DNA from: Lophium mytilinum
Lineage: Eukaryota
Reading direction: 5' to 3'
Length of the DNA stretch: 64,000 nucleotides
NCBI GenBank assembly: GCA_010093605.1
Contig: MU004190.1
Coordinates: forward strand, 1,819,599 to 1,883,598
In this document: in pieces, positions 34,415-47,841 of the stretch
Numbering within the stretch: the first letter of the stretch is position 1
Layout: every line of letters starts with the position of its first letter
Notes under the pieces: generated by a model
Seen by the model: only the letters and a program-made list of their open reading frames with translations
The model's database searches: none
Told to the model about the DNA's origin: nothing
Made by a program: the position numbers and the translations under genes

Positions 34415-35479
34415 TCATTTATGCCCCACGCCACCCCCTTCCATCTCATACGCCATCTGCTGCCCAGGCGGCGGCGCATACATCTCGCTCGGCGGCTGCT
34501 GCGGGCTGTTGATCCCGCCCCCGCCATACCCCACACTCCCCTCGTGCGCGTATTTGACCTCGTTCGGTGGCGGGTCGTAGTAGCCCTGGTGCCCTTGCGA
34601 TGGGAGTTCGGCCGGGTACACAGTCTTTGCGGCGGCGTTGCTCTTCTTGCGCTGGCGCCAGGCAAGGAAACCCAAGATGCCGATAGCAATAACGCCAAGG
34701 GGGACGGCGACGCCTACTCCAATTTTCGCTCCAGTCGACATGCCGCTGCTGGCAGCTTCGGTAGGCGATGGGCTGGGCGACCCGGTATTTGTGGCGGAAG
34801 CGGCAGTACCAGTAATCGTTGTTCCGCCAGAACTGGAAGATACAGAATTCGAGGCCGAAGCAGCTGACGCAGTAGTCGCAACTGAGGAAACAGAGGAAGC
34901 TGAAGAAGAGGCGCTGGAAATGGAGGTGGAGGCCGCGGCCGACTGGGCCACTTTGATAGAGGAGTAGGCGTAGAGGGGGAAGGTATTGTTGTTTGTGGCG
35001 CAGGAGCAAGCATCGTCGTCAGCGTCATAACCGCAGCAAAAGTTTCCATTGGAGACTTTAGCAGTGCAGCGGTCGACGCGTTGGTCGGTGTCGTCGGCTG
35101 GAGGGTTGTTAGGTTAGTATAAAGTAGCTTGGGTAGGGATGTGATGAGTAAAGCGGGGATGAGGCTGGTTGCGAAGTTCGATAGATAGGTTGAGAGACGT
35201 ACCTAAACAGAACTTGGGACACGCTCCTGATGACCAGTCTTGTACTGTGCAGGTTCCGCGCTCGTAACCGCTTGAGGTCTGGCATAAAGGACCCGGATCC
35301 AGTATACATTGAGAGCCTGGCGAGCAGCAGAAGGTCTGGTAGCTACTGTCCGAGCTACACGGTACATCTTCCGACTCGGAGCCATCAGGATTGTAACACT
35401 GCTGGGCAGCACTTCCAAGCTGGAAGAAGAGAGGAACGGCAATCAGAACCAGCCGCCGTATCGACATGATGGGGGCCAT
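34415..35479 (-). CDS. Mid2-like type I membrane protein (Cys-rich ectodomain, Ser/Thr stalk, one TM)
   Basis: Signal peptide, then CYNPDGS..PC..CCSPGSQC..YERGTCTVQDWSSGACPKFC, an intron, an S/T/A-rich stalk, MSTGAKIGVGVAVPLGVIAIGILGFLAWRQRKK and a cytosolic tail with AEL/EM motifs. Confidence 0.87.
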
Positions 35480-37221
35480 GGTGTTGAGAATTCTGTGGAC
35501 CACTGAAGGCGATCAGCAAGTGGTAGGGCGGGTGGTGTGCGGGAGGAACGAAGAGCAGCAACCTGGGATGGGCCGTGCTATTTCTTAAGAGGTCCCACGC
35601 ACCAGGCAGTTGGCTTGGCCTCCAATTGGGTGTGCAGGGGAAGCACGGCAGTGTCTGAAGGTTGGGGACAGCGGCCATGCTGTTCGGCCCCCCCTCTTGA
35701 GCCGCGGAGGCTGCACAGGCCGCGATATGGGCGCATCAAGGTACTGCTGGGCTGAGGCGCCATGACGGGATTGGCTTAATGCTTAGTATAGCGGAAGAAT
35801 TCAATTGGTGAGTTGACGTCGCCGGCTTACAGCCGGGAGGTTAACGCGGGGGGCCTTAAGTTGAAGGCGAAAGGCTCTTCTGGGCATCCAATTTGCATAT
35901 TCTCGACCCTATCTTCCGTCACGAAAGACGGGAGAGGCGCGGGCAAAACTGAACGGCTGAGCAGCATCGAGGGTTTCTACAGAGGATAGCGTGGTGTCGT
36001 CGGAAGAGGATCGCCGGGCTGTGTGTGCGGAGCTGGCATGATGTGAGGTTTTCGTGGAAGGATGCGTATCCTTGTACTCGAACTTCCGCTTCTCTGGATA
36101 ACTGCAGCCGCGTTCCCGTAAGGAGTTTAAATCTGCCTCACGGGTGGCAGGCATTGGTGGAGTCTGATTTAAGGGGCGAGCCGAACTCTGTAGCCGATCT
36201 GCATCCGGTAAGCGCACGATCGGAATCTGAGACGATGGAAGTAGTTCAACGGTTTGGAGTCTGCCAGGAATAGCTGTTAGAGAGAGGTCCGCGTAGAGTC
36301 CTCAACTTGCGGTTGTTCATTGCTGTCAAATATAGGTTGTTGGTACGGCGGTTACAGCAGAAACTGGTGCAAAGCGGTCGAGTCAAAATGGCCCCCAAAG
36401 CCAAGTCAAACGCGAGAAGGGCTTGTTGTCACACGCTAGTCCCGGGGTGTTTGATACGCTGAACGCCTGATGCACGCGCTTGATTTCTCCGGCCAGGTCA
36501 TGTCTGACTTCTCTTGTCTCAGTGACATTGCCTGTGATACCCAGTTGAGGGAGGCGAAATTTACTGAAAACACTGCTGTTTGTTGGTGGTCAGAGTAGAA
36601 AGGAACAGCTTGGAGCATCGTGTCCTCCAAGATGTTGACGAGCGCTGAGGGCTGAGGCTGAAGTCTTGTCTCTTGATCCGTGACAGCGTAAGGCCTCCCT
36701 GTCTTCCGAACCATCCGACGGTGATCAGGTTCTCCCGCGTCCATCATTTCGTGATGCGTGGAGATGAATCGCAAGCTGGAGACCTGAAGACATTGGGGGC
36801 GGCGAGTCACCAGCCACGGTGGCGGAGTTGCAGAGGCGCGGTTGGTGGCACAACATCTGGGCAGCGTTGCAGCACTGAGATCAGCATAACGCACGCTTTC
36901 GATGTGGCGATTTGGTTTGTGTAGACGACCATGGAGATGGTGATGGAGATGTTGATGCGCATAGCACCGCGAAGAAGCGTGAGAGAAGTGCTTGGCGACT
37001 CCACCTGACAGTCAGTGTAAACACTGCTAGGCCGCAAACAATGACAGCAACTCGTACCGGCGACTCAGCCTTGTCCCTCCTATTGTTGGTGATCCCTGTT
37101 CTCAGCCGTCGTGTCCTCCTTTCAAGTGCCATGGCCGCCTTTGACCGCCGACGTTTCCTTTGACGTTTTGTTTCCTCACCACCACGCTGGCGGCCTCCGA
37201 GCAGAGTGACCGCGACCCATC

Positions 37222-38583
37222 ATGAATTCCATGATCCGGGGTGCCGTGACTTCACGGCGCTTCGTCTTCGCCGCCGTTACCGTTATTCTTCTTGTATTAT
37301 TCTTCAACGCCATTCCCTCGGGTTACGGTTACCTAGATCCCAAGCCAGAAGTCCCAAATCAAGGGACCGCCCCGCCCAAACCACCACCCAAGAATGCAGA
37401 ATCATCACCATCACCATTACCATCGCTAGCATCATCAGCATCATCGCCACTAGCGCAACCCTCAACACCAGCAGGAACCCCGCAGCCCTCAAACCAGGCC
37501 GCCGCCTCGCCTTCGACCCACCCTTCGTCCTCCACCTCCCCTACCTCGCCCTCCTCGACCCCCTCAGCGAAGAAACCCGACAATGAGCTCACCAAAACCG
37601 CCATCCTCGCCTCCCTCCAAAAAGAAGACACAACCTGGCTCGCCGCCTTCCACCCAGAAGTCCACGCCGCCATCTACGTCGTCGACAACACCACCGCGCC
37701 CTACCACGTCCCCGCCAACAAAGGCCACGAGGGCATGGTCTACCTCACCTACCTGATCGACCACTACAACTCCCTCCCGGACGTCATGGTCTTCCTGCAC
37801 GCCCACCGCTACGCCTGGCACAACCCCGACCTGCTCGGCAGCGACGCCGCCGAGATCATCGATAAGATTAGCGCGCCGTATGTGCAGCGCATGGGATACG
37901 TGAATGTGCGGTGTCACTGGGACCCCGGCTGCCCCGCGTGGATGCACCCGCTGGCGCCAGAGACCGAGCGCACCGACGTGTTTAAGCCTGAGGAGGTCGA
38001 GCTGGCGGGCGCGTTCCGTGAGATCTTCCCTGGGGAGGAGGTGCCGGAGATATTGGCGCAGCCGTGCTGTGCGCAGTTTGCGCTGTCGGGGGACGCGGCG
38101 AGGAAGATCAGCTTGGAGCGGTATACGGCGGTGAGGCAGTGGTTGTTGGATACGAAGCTGGATGACGCCATTTCAGGAAGGATTTGGGAATATTTGTGGC
38201 AGTATCTGTTTACCGGGCAGCCAATAGCGTGTCCGAGGATGGATTTGTGTTATTGCGATGGCTTTGGGGTGTGTTTTGGCGGGGAGAAGGGGAAGAATGG
38301 GGAGCAGGGGATGAATGAGTATTGGGACTTGCGGAATGAGAAGGGGAAGTTGCAGGCGGCCTTGGGGCAGATTGTGGATGAGAAGGAGGATGAGGATGGG
38401 AAGAAGACGAAACCCGTGTTGACGGATGCCGAAAAGCATATTGTGAAGGATCTAGAGGCGCAGATTAAGGATTTTGAGGATCAGTTAAATGAGAAGTTGA
38501 AGAAGGCGAAGAAGAGGGGCACGGATCCGAAGCTTCGGGCGGAGGACTGTGGGAGAGATTGGAAAGAAGGGGATGGGTTCTAG
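37222..38583 (+). CDS. DUF3431 family protein (type II membrane)
   Basis: N-terminal TM and a Pro/Ser stem are followed by AIYVVD..PANKGHEGMVYLTYLIDHYNSLPDVMVFLHAHRYAWHN, GYVNVRC.WDPGCP, PCCAQFALS and SGRIWEYLWQYLF. Confidence 0.9.
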   Translation: MNSMIRGAVTSRRFVFAAVTVILLVLFFNAIPSGYGYLDPKPEVPNQGTAPPKPPPKNAESSPSPLPSLASSASSPLAQPSTPAGTPQPSNQAAASPSTHPSSSTSPTSPSSTPSAKKPDNELTKTAILASLQKEDTTWLAAFHPEVHAAIYVVDNTTAPYHVPANKGHEGMVYLTYLIDHYNSLPDVMVFLHAHRYAWHNPDLLGSDAAEIIDKISAPYVQRMGYVNVRCHWDPGCPAWMHPLAPETERTDVFKPEEVELAGAFREIFPGEEVPEILAQPCCAQFALSGDAARKISLERYTAVRQWLLDTKLDDAISGRIWEYLWQYLFTGQPIACPRMDLCYCDGFGVCFGGEKGKNGEQGMNEYWDLRNEKGKLQAALGQIVDEKEDEDGKKTKPVLTDAEKHIVKDLEAQIKDFEDQLNEKLKKAKKRGTDPKLRAEDCGRDWKEGDGF

Positions 38584-39369
38584 ATGGATGTGGGAAAGCG
38601 ATGTCTTGCATATGGACGGCGTTCGGGCGTGGGCGTCGGATCTACAGAGTATGTGTGCATATAATGTTGCATCTGGTTGGAAAATCATGAGATCTACCTC
38701 GCAGGTAGGCCTGTATTTTGTATTTTTCTTTATCTACTGAGTAAAATGTACAGCATATCACGGCATTCTTATGATTCAGAACACTAGACAAAGTTCAAGG
38801 CAGTGTTCATCAAGCTACCCGTTGTGCAGGTCTGCAGGTCGGAGCGGTGATAAGGCAAGCACGCCTATGGCAATGACGCCTATGGTTTAGGTGCGCATCT
38901 AACCCTGTCGAAGCTCCTCAGGCAGTACTAAGGCTTATTGAAGTCTACTGCTAGAAGTTTCAACATCCTTACAATGCTTGCGCGGTAGTCCCTACCTGGA
39001 TAATGGGCGGTAGTGGGGTGAATCACGTGATGGCTTGGTCAACACTAGGATTGACTTGCATCCATAGATATCAGCCTTCCGAAGGCTGACCGGAACTTCC
39101 TTTTCAATACACATAATACGCACGTGTTATCTCTGTGCCTTGCTCCGACGCTAGGAAACCTCCATCCAATCTAAGGCAGACTCGTGTTGTTGCGATCCGG
39201 ACGCCGGCATGGAGGCTGTGATTTCGCCTTGTCCATGTAGGCAAACACAGTGGCTCAACAGAGCGTCTTATCACTGTTAGCCTACTATTTTGTCGCTCCT
39301 CGTCCTCCTAGCCTTCCACCACTTTCGATTCAACCTTTCCACCTCGGGTTTCGTTCATGAATCTGTGCA

Positions 39370-41573
39370 ATGAGTACGAGTCCAGGAAATGCGGTCATGC
39401 AGGTTTCCTCTCGCTGTTCTACATGCCTCACATTGGAAAAGAGTGGACAGTCCTCGATATCATCACTGCGGAACTCTGCTAAAAAGTGCCATTTCTGTGA
39501 ATTACTTCGAGATATCATTTCCCAAGCGCATTGTATAAACACTGATGAAGTGGATGGGGATGTACTTATGATCGCGAGGAATCTACCGATGGTGATTTAT
39601 GTTCACGAAATGGAGAAGTCGCTGAAGTACAATTATTGGCTTGAAATCTTCATGTCCCCGAACCCAGGTATGTTAACGGTGCCTATTGTGCGCATTTCTA
39701 GCTATCAAGTGCCCGGCTAGCCTATTCACTGTAGCTATGTAATAGTGTTGGTCACTATCCCTCTTCCGAATCCCACCTTCTAAAACGTTCTAGTATTGTG
39801 TAGCCTGACCTCACATATCGCTGATATTGGCTAGGCATGGAAGTTGAAAGGAGATATCCACATCTCGCGACACGTCCACTCGTCGAATCCCACGCAGAGT
39901 CCGCAGCATGCCTCACAAAGGCTTGCCGATGGTTGAAGGAATGTATAGAGAACCACATAGATTGCAACATCCACGAGCAGCATCCCGATATGCCCAAGCG
40001 AGTCCTCTACATACAGGCGTGCCCCAATCCCCAGGAGCCATATATTCTTCGCCTGATCAGTACCGACGGTGGAAAAGATCCCTATGTTGCACTGTCGCAC
40101 TGTTGGGGACTGGAGCAGCCGCTTACCACAAACACGGCTTCTCTCGACTCGCGGATGAATGAAATAGTATGGTCCCAGTTACCAAAAACCTTTCAAGATG
40201 CCATCAAAGTGACCGCTACCCTCGGGTATACATATATATGGGTAGATTCTTTATGCATCATCCAGGATTCGCAAATTGACTGGGAGGAACAGTCCGCACA
40301 GATGGCGACTATCTACGAGAAGGCCGTTGTTACATTAGCGGCTGCATCTGCCACTGGCGATACCGAGGGTTTCTTAGCACAACGACCAGAGCGGATAAGT
40401 GGATCCGCTCTCCTCCAATCCTGTAATCCCGGAACGTCCCCGCTGTCTGTGTATTTTCGAGAGCGTCTCGAACACTACGAAGAGCGTTTCGAACACTACG
40501 AAAGCCTTGATCCCTTGGAGACGCGCGCGTGGGCTTTTCAGGAGCGCGTCTTGGCCACTCGAGCCTTGATATTCTCCCGCAACGAGCTGCGCTGGGAATG
40601 CAATACCACCCAACAATGCGAATGTGGTGGTACTGATACCGGCCGTAAAAAGGCTAGGGGAGCATCATATCCCTACAGTCGCAGCCTGCTCTCTTCGAGC
40701 ACCCCTCGCTGTGATCTGTATCGACATTGGTACCTCGACACTGTTCGGCAGTATTCAAGGATGTCGCTTACTCAAGCAAGCGACATACTTCCGGCGCTCT
40801 CAGGTATCGCGCATGTGTTCAGCAAACTCACTGGAGCCGGGTATTTTGCGGGCATCTGGCAACCCGAATTCCTGCACGGCTTGTTATGGAAGCCTCCGAG
40901 GTGGACGGAGCCGTCAATACAGCCCGCCTATCGGGCCCCATCGTTTAGCTGGGCATCTACCGATGAGGAAGTCTCTTACCCGTATGATCTGCTTAGTGAA
41001 AATAAGATTTGGACCGACTTGACTGAGGTCGTGGACATATCATGTACTCCAGCTGGCCTAGATCCATTCGGCCAGCTTGAGGATGGCTATACAATTCTCG
41101 AGGGGCCTTTCTTTCCAGCCTGGATACACTTCCCTCCAATACCGGATGGAAGCTTAACGCTCACCTTTACGCCAGATCTTTGCACACACCTTTACGCCAG
41201 ATCTTTGGTTATCACAAGAAGGGACCACTGTGTTTTTAAACCCGACACGATGCTAGCTGTTTCAGAGATCCCTGAACTCGCTGTTACCAACCCCCAGTTC
41301 CCTTCCTCGTCTCCCGTCGTTCATCGTGCGTATGAAGATTCCGAGGAGGCAAAAGGCATTCACATGTGTTACTGCCTATATCTTTGTTTGAACAACCGCT
41401 TTACAGTTCTTTCAGATCATTACTGCCTGATCCTTGGCGGCTCGGTCCGGAAACCAGGTGCGCTCGAACGGCTTGGTCTGTTACATATCAGCGGTTCTAC
41501 ACATAGTCCAGGTGTGGGATCGTTGGCTTTAGCTTCGAAGGACGCAATCCGAACACGAGTGACGATTGCATGA
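39370..41573 (+). CDS. Heterokaryon-incompatibility (HET) domain protein
   Basis: YVALSHCWG, LPKTFQDAIKVT..YIWVDSLCIIQDS..DWEEQSAQMATIYE, PLETRAWAFQER, YFAGIW..LLW and YRAPSFSWAS. The N-terminal exon has CxxC..SAKKCHFC. Intron 39668-39834 keeps the frame. Confidence 0.92.
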
Positions 41574-42245
41574 ATAAATCAAGAAGATAGCAAGAAAAGC
41601 TTGCAGTTGAAGTGCTTCCTTTTCTAATTCCTGCCTTGCATGTACCTTTTTTCCCCTCGTTCTTCCCTTTATCTACTTTTCACGCGGCTTTAGGTCCGAG
41701 TCTGCGTGATACCTATCACTGCGTTCCCGCTCGTTCTTGCTTTCAGGTCTGCGCTTTCTTCGTAGGATTTCATCTGGCGCATACTGAGATTAGCGTATCG
41801 TCAGCCATATATTTAACCTTCTACAAGTTGTGAATGAGGAACGCCCGCCCAAATCGACATTGGCGAGTCATTCGGGAAGCTTTCTACGCGGGCTTTGCGT
41901 TTCTGAAATCTCTTCTTCGAGTTCGATGGTGTTTTCACGGAGTTTTGCGTCCGGAGCCACACGAAGTTGAGACGTCAATGATCTGGTGTTCAAGTGATGT
42001 ATGATTCCAGCACTCAATCCAAGTTTCCTCCTACCAAATTCAAGTCCCTTCATACCTCAGTATATTACGCCAGAAAAAAGAGCGACGTTATGTGAGCTCA
42101 ACTAGAAACCCGCCCAAGTGCCAAGGCGCCAGAACATAACACCCAGAAATCGCGAAACGAGAGTGACACGAGCAGAAACATATTGCCGAGATTGAACGCC
42201 GAAAAGAAATAGATTCCTTTTCGCATACCTGTCCCCATAATCTTC

Positions 42246-44474
42246 TCACAACCTCGCCCGAAGCACAGGGTCGATCCACTCATCCCACCCGGATTTATAC
42301 ACACCACCATCCTTCTTCGCTTTCACGTTCATAGGAATCTGTCTGGTCCAGTTCATCAGCGTCTCGTACGCATTCCCGTCTTTCATGCCGATCGCGCTGC
42401 ACAGGGATGCGTCCGTGAAGTCCCAAGCGTCGGTCAGGGCTACGATTTCCGGCTTCAGCTTATCGAGCAGGCTATTGACTAAGTCGCGGATGGTGGATAG
42501 CTGCGATAGCGACAGATACCCATCTTCGACAAAGCTGATGGCATTGATAGATGCTGGGTTTGTGATCGTAGACAAAGCGAAGAGGGAACGCAGATTGACG
42601 AGCACGGTCTTCATCGATGAAGACGGGAGGGCCGAGGTGTGCGATATGAATTCTTGCAGGACGACGAACTCGATATGAGCTCGCGCAGCACTGATGATGT
42701 TCATCATGTGCTCATTCCAGGCCTCCGCTGGGGGCAATGAAGAACTCCGAAGAGCGGTATATGCACCAAAGATGAGCCGAAGCGCGCGATGGCGGTAGAT
42801 AGATAGCTGAACATTCGGATCGAGGAATTGCTCACCGCGCGCGGAACACGGCTCATGGATAACGTGTACACAGTCATCTGACGCTCTCCACGTCGCGAGG
42901 GGACTCGTCCAGGAGAAAAGAGCCCATCCATCTGCTACGTACTTCAACTTCGGATCGATGGATTTCCCTTCAACAAGGGTGTCGATGAGCTTGAATAGAT
43001 ACCGACCGACCTGCTGCCAAAGAACATAATTCTCGCCCTCAAAGGTTGCGGTGGCAGTGACGCTGGCAACGATCTCGGGAAGACCGCTGGTCATGAGGTA
43101 GCCTTGCCCACCGCAACACTTTCGGGCGTCTTCGGCGCCGTCAGAGGCTGTTTGGGTAGCCCACGCCTTGAGACCCGCGGCGAGAGTATGGTTGTATGGT
43201 AGCCCTCCATGATTTCCGGTGTCTTGTTGCGTGCGAAGGGTTGCGTATTCCGCATCGCATGTGCGAGAGGCAAAGAGGATAGCATATGACTTCGAGGTGA
43301 GTGTAAGGAGGCGATAGTATTGAGACTTGTAGTCAACAAGAGCTGATTCGGTGGTGGCAAGACCGTTAGGGCCCAGGCCCTGCTCGCGGACGATCGAGTA
43401 ACGAGTGGCGATGGTGATAGCTTGCGCGAGTTGGAATGCGACGGCACGCACAATCACGGTCCGAACATAGACAAGAGTTGCGTACGAGAGCTTGGCATGC
43501 GGGCTTTTCTTGTATTCGCCTTCAGGACTGACTGATGCGTTCCCCATGAGCATATCCGACCTGGGAATCCTGACGCTCTTGAAGGTAGCATAGCCGTTGC
43601 ACGTGCCGTTATAGGACATCTTGAGTCCAATATCACCCAGGTCGATTCCAGGCAGAGGCAATCCGTCTGACAGAGACCGAAACTGCACCATGAAGAGGTG
43701 TGGGCCGTGATCTTTGTTCCGGATGATCAGACGGGCTACAACAATGGAATGAGTGCAAGAAAAGCCAATGGCCCCAGGCCAGAACTTGGTGGATGAAAGC
43801 GTCGGGGAATGAATAACGAATTCCTCCGTTTCTGTATCCAAGGTGGCGGTGGTTTCGATGCCTCGTACGAAGCTTCCGTGGCCCAATTCTGTCTGGCAGT
43901 ATGCGCCGTTGATCTTCCCCGACTCCGCAAGAGGTAGCCATTTGGCTCGTTGTTCGGCCGTGCCCTGAAGTCTCAACGTTGGAATGAACATGACAGTGGT
44001 CAATCCAAAGGGACTGGCGTTGCTGAGAACATATCGAGGCGTAATATTGTGGAAAATGGTGTGCTTATTTGTGATTCCGTCCTCGAAAGCAGCCTTTCCC
44101 CACTCGAGACCTTCGTCGTAGGCTTGCTCGCGATCCATATTACCATATGAACGAGGGAGCTTGCTGGTATCTAGGGTGCCAGTGCGCCTTTCGACGCGGT
44201 TGAAGGCAGCTCTCCGTTGCTCGACAATATCAGCTCTTGATTAGCGTTGGTCAGCTTGACTTCTGAACGGAGGATGCCATTGAGGCGTCTTTGCTGGTGC
44301 TCACCCGCCATGTATCAAACACGTCAACTCGTAGGAGTGAAACGAAGTTGCCTTTCTCGCTTCATCCATCATAATAGTTTGCTTATTCGACGGTGTATTC
44401 ACGAGGTGCCTTTCCGGAAGATTCATGATCCTGGATGGAGATCTTCCGTCAAACTTGGGCGAAACAATTTCCAT
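42246..44474 (-). CDS. Peroxisomal acyl-CoA oxidase
   Basis: GAYCQTELGHGSFVRGIETTAT, KFWPG, IGLKMSYNG, ITIATRYSIVREQ, EDARKCCGGQGY and TFEGENYVL, with a C-terminal PTS1 -ARL. A short first exon (..MDEARKATSFHSYELTCLIHGG) is followed by a GTGAGC intron. The start could also be 44426. Confidence 0.93.
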
Positions 44475-45075
44475 GTTGGTTTTGCACCACGCTTAGCAGA
44501 GGTAAGATGTTGATAGGACGTGCAACAAAGGATATCCCAATTCAGCGAATGGACTACTTCCGGAACCAGCCGACTTCGCGAATATGATATAGTTCCGGGA
44601 GTTATCTAGGCTGAAAAGGTAGAGGAGATGGAAGGAGATATCAGTCTCTAAGAAAGAGGATGCGGAGGACTACAAATCAGAGAAGAGCTGTGCAGACGAG
44701 CGATACCTGTAGATAGAGGTCTGCAGAGGCTGGAATAGATGTATAATCACTAGAGAGGGAGCTCAAGAGGAAGAAGTGGGGACGGGCGCGATCGAGGTCC
44801 AGGGGAAGAACGAATTGTATTTTCAGTATGTGAGATATGAAGACACCCCTCTTTCCGCTCAGATGGCGGCTCGCACCGGGGACTTATACTCAGCCTTTCA
44901 GCAGGTCTGCGGCGCGTCCGACGACTTTGCAGACTTACCGCTCTGCATCTCAGCTATCCGTCCCCAGTAGATAGCACTTGGCTAGAAGTAGACCCCCATG
45001 CTGCACATCCCCGAATCCCTCTGCCAGGCATGATGGGTGGGTGTCTAGCTTTGGCGTTAGTCCTGACCGGTTTGG

Positions 45076-45195
45076 CCTCGGGACCGCACGCCTAGGCATC
45101 ATAAAGTATCAATGAATCGAGACATCGCCTAATCATAACGCAAATGGAAGGTGTGACAAATGAGGATAACGAGTTCTAAGCTTTATCTTCCTCGG
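45076..45195. promoter_or_regulatory. Two CCTCGG hexamers upstream of the acyl-CoA oxidase (possible FarA/FarB-type fatty-acid response elements)
   Basis: CCTCGG at 45076-45081 and 45190-45195, about 600-720 bp upstream of the start. CCTCGG is the known FarA/FarB core, but hexamers also occur by chance. Confidence 0.3.
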
Positions 45196-46108
45196 TAAAC
45201 GTTCCGAATCATTTACCATGAATCCTGTGACTCCCTTGCTTTTGTCATTGGAATGTTAGACTTGCTTTTCGGCTGCGGCGTAGGCGACTTCAAGTTCCAA
45301 TGGCTGCGGCGTAGCACCCCGGCATCTTGCGTTTTTCCCACTAAGATGTATTTCGACGAGACGTGAGATCCAGAAGTGGCGAGACCCTGGGGAGCTGTAG
45401 ATAGTGAAGAACCCGCGCTTACGGATGCGTAGCATTGGCGCGTAGAGGTCTATACAACTCGCGGGAACCACGGTCGAGTGGGCCCTTCAACCCGAATCCA
45501 TGGTTAGGTTAGCCCGGGTTCTGCACGTTTGACAGCCGATGTTGGGAGAACATGGCTAGAACGTGCTAGGTACAGATTCTCTCGCCTACCGTGCCCCTCG
45601 TGTGCATGAAGTGAGGCATGTCACTTTCAGGCCAATGAGAGAAGGCGACCCTGTCAGGACTCGAAGTACTGCATGCAGAGTCCGGGGCTGGCGGCTGCGC
45701 AGATGCGTAGGTCGAGAAAGCGGTCAGCCCATGCGGCAACGATATTAGAGCATCCACTCATCTGATTCGGATAGAGAGTGTTTGGGGTGCAGGCAATGTG
45801 CCCGCAAGGGTCGTGATTCAGTAAAGATTGCTAAACAAATGGATTAGAACGCAAGGAGAGAGGATTTTGAATGCTCATGTGATAATGGAAGATACGGCAG
45901 ATCTATCGCAAAGGCGAATTAAGTTATTCTTTCCCTCATCGCCCTGCGGAACTCGGCCATGAAGCTGATGGATCGCATAGAGTAAGATATTAGCGGTCAT
46001 GAGGCAGACGAGTTGCCGCCCGGTCAATATCAATGAAAGAGCGCGGAGGTGGGACACTTCCGAGGGCAGTTGACAGCGCATGATGCAGCACTGAGAGACG
46101 GAAAAAGA

Positions 46109-46141
46109 ACAGGATGCAGGACGCAGGACGCAGGACGCAGG
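46109..46141. repeat. 7-bp minisatellite (CAGGAYG)n
   Basis: acaggatgcaggacgcaggacgcaggacgcagg. Confidence 0.75.
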
Positions 46142-46621
46142 TTGGATGCGGGTTGGGTGCAAGACGAAAGGAGTCTTGACGTGTCAATGCCTTGGCAAGT
46201 CTCTCTACGGCGTGCGAGACTGTCAAGCGTGCAGGGGTTATTGGCCCTCCGTAGTCTTTCTTGGCGTCTCGGCATACCGAAAATCGGCAGTTCCGAAGGA
46301 TAAGGGCCTCGGGATGTGTCTCGTTATCGCTGGAGGACACGGCGCCACAGCTCATCCTTTGCGTCCTCAACACCACGATTCCAACACGACAAAGCTTGTC
46401 TTCTACATCTGTAGTAGTCATTGTCTCGCCTTCAATGAGGGTTTAGCAATAGAATCTTCATCTCTTTCGAACGTTAGAAAATCAGTAACCATGGTCACAG
46501 CTCTGACAGCTCACTTTCCACGAAACTATCTAGACTCACCTCGCGCTTCTGTCTACCTAGTCGCATCAATGCTAGAGATCTGTCTAAACATAGTACAGCC
46601 ACAGTCATCCCGGAAGCTCCT

Positions 46622-47841
46622 GTGCCATCAAGACTGCTCCTACCTGCTCTGCGACCGCGTGCCTTGACTCTCCCGCTCCCCGGCCGCCCCGATCCTCATG
46701 ACGCCTCAGGAAGCTTTCCATCTCTGCCATCGATCGATTGCTATGCTTTCATCCACCAGCATACAGCCGATCAGACTTCTTCTCTTCTTCTGCAGAAACT
46801 GCCGCTCGATCTGCGCCAACTGGTCTTCCGGCTCGTGACTGGCGACGCGCTGATTCATCTCAATTATTCGTCCGATCGCGGAATCCGCAGCCAAGATTGC
46901 TGCCATCCTAGGACCTCCGGTTTCAAGTGTGATTCCAGCTGTGGAGAATGGGGGTTATTCGTGGCGCGAACTCCACTGCTGCTTACGTGTCGGCAAACGT
47001 GAGTGCAATTGATTTTGCTTCCTCTTTGATATAGGCTAGTACGTGCTTCTTGAGGCGGCCACCGGTCGACTGTGGTTTTGGATCGATTGGGGACCTTCGA
47101 TACATGTTCGGTATCCTTGGGATCAAGACCACGTCTTCGTAATTGTAAGCGGCAGCACCTAAGGTAGATCAGTCTAACATCCGGTCGTGAATTTCCATAC
47201 GTCTCAATCTTAGATTGCCATCTGTATTCTTTTGAAGCACATTAAGCAACTTGGAAAACGATGCGTATCCTAAACTTACGTCTTATTACAGTTATTCCGA
47301 AACCATCGATATCCTATATACCACCATCACCTTCTGTTTCACTCCATCATCGTATCTGTATCATACCCTCATTAACCTCCCTCGACTCTTTGCTCCTTCT
47401 CGCCTGGCGATGATCCGCTCCCTCCATTTCCGCCGTTCTGTACAGAAGGTAATCTACGACATCTGCGGAAGGAGCACGTGCACCATCTTTGCCTTTGATA
47501 ATCCCTCAAAGGCCCCTTGTCCCTCATAGCTTCCGACTCAAAGACCGAATGGGTGAATTTCTGGGCCGCCATTGCTTCTATGACCGCACCACGGTATCTT
47601 TCCGTAAAATTTGATCCAGAACCAACTCATCAACTGCCGCCATCGTCAACGAAGCGCTCCGGTGGAAGACTGGCGGGTGTGGAAGCCTGTGATTGTGGAT
47701 CCGAGAAGGAGAGTGATCGGAGCTCCCCTTAGGTCGTTCCGTTTGCAAATACCATACGAGACGGATGGTAGTATGGATTTGGAGGCAGGCGGGAGGAGAT
47801 GGCCGGTGGAAACGTGCATCGCGCGGCGCGTTGACCTGTAA
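46622..47841 (+). pseudogene. DUF7730-like (F-box-like LP.E/DLR) fungal protein, frameshifted
   Basis: RPRALTLPL..QTSSLLLQKLPLDLRQLVFRLVTGDALIHL..PLLLTCRQT/YSETIDILYTTITFCF. The 3' part is split over three reading frames (47251, 47517 and 47611 ORFs). The start is not resolved. Confidence 0.62.
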
